A stretch of 35,019 nt of DNA from an uncultured Clostridia bacterium (GTDB taxonomy: Bacteria; Bacillota; Clostridia; Oscillospirales; Acutalibacteraceae). The number at the start of each line of letters is the position of its first letter. Positions within the stretch are counted from its first letter, which is position 1. The notes under the pieces are model-generated. The model was not told the DNA's origin. It did not search any database and worked only from the letters and a program-made list of their open reading frames with translations. The translations under genes were made by a program, and so were the position numbers. Positions 35,000 through 35,019 of this stretch are shown one piece after another. The DNA lies in NCBI GenBank assembly GCA_945869905.1, contig CAMBQD010000001.1, positions 1 to 35,019 on the forward strand, written 5' to 3'.

Positions 35000-35019
35000 G
35001 AAAAGTACAACAGCTAAAT

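Overview
Chromosomal window from a low-to-mid-GC Clostridia-type Firmicute (Oscillospirales/Eubacterium-like; inferred from gene content only). The left part (1-19.5 kb) is mostly + strand. It holds a 5'-truncated GH2 beta-mannosidase, an AT-rich 3 kb islet (PadR module plus secreted proteins), PI-PLC, a Na/Pi transporter-PhoB-PhoR operon with a Pho box, ylmH, hpt, a cobalamin-riboswitch-controlled pair of surface proteins, a GH36 alpha-galactosidase, tagD and nrdDG with NrdR boxes. The right part (19.8-32.4 kb, - strand) is the classic origin-proximal block rpmH-rnpA-yidD-yidC-jag-mnmE-mnmG-rsmG-noc-parA-(EamA)-parB-serS, with two parS sites. There is no dnaA next to rpmH; mtnN, an XRE regulator and a histidine phosphatase follow instead. 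Best leads: (1) a ~165-nt three-hairpin non-coding element present twice (19564-19728, 34781-34946) with many compensatory base-pair changes, each copy near a GTAG-type REP-like palindrome; (2) a B12-riboswitch operon that looks like a transcobalamin-like binder split into a DUF4430 lipoprotein and a sortase-anchored alpha-helical repeat protein. All calls are by eye; no searches were run.
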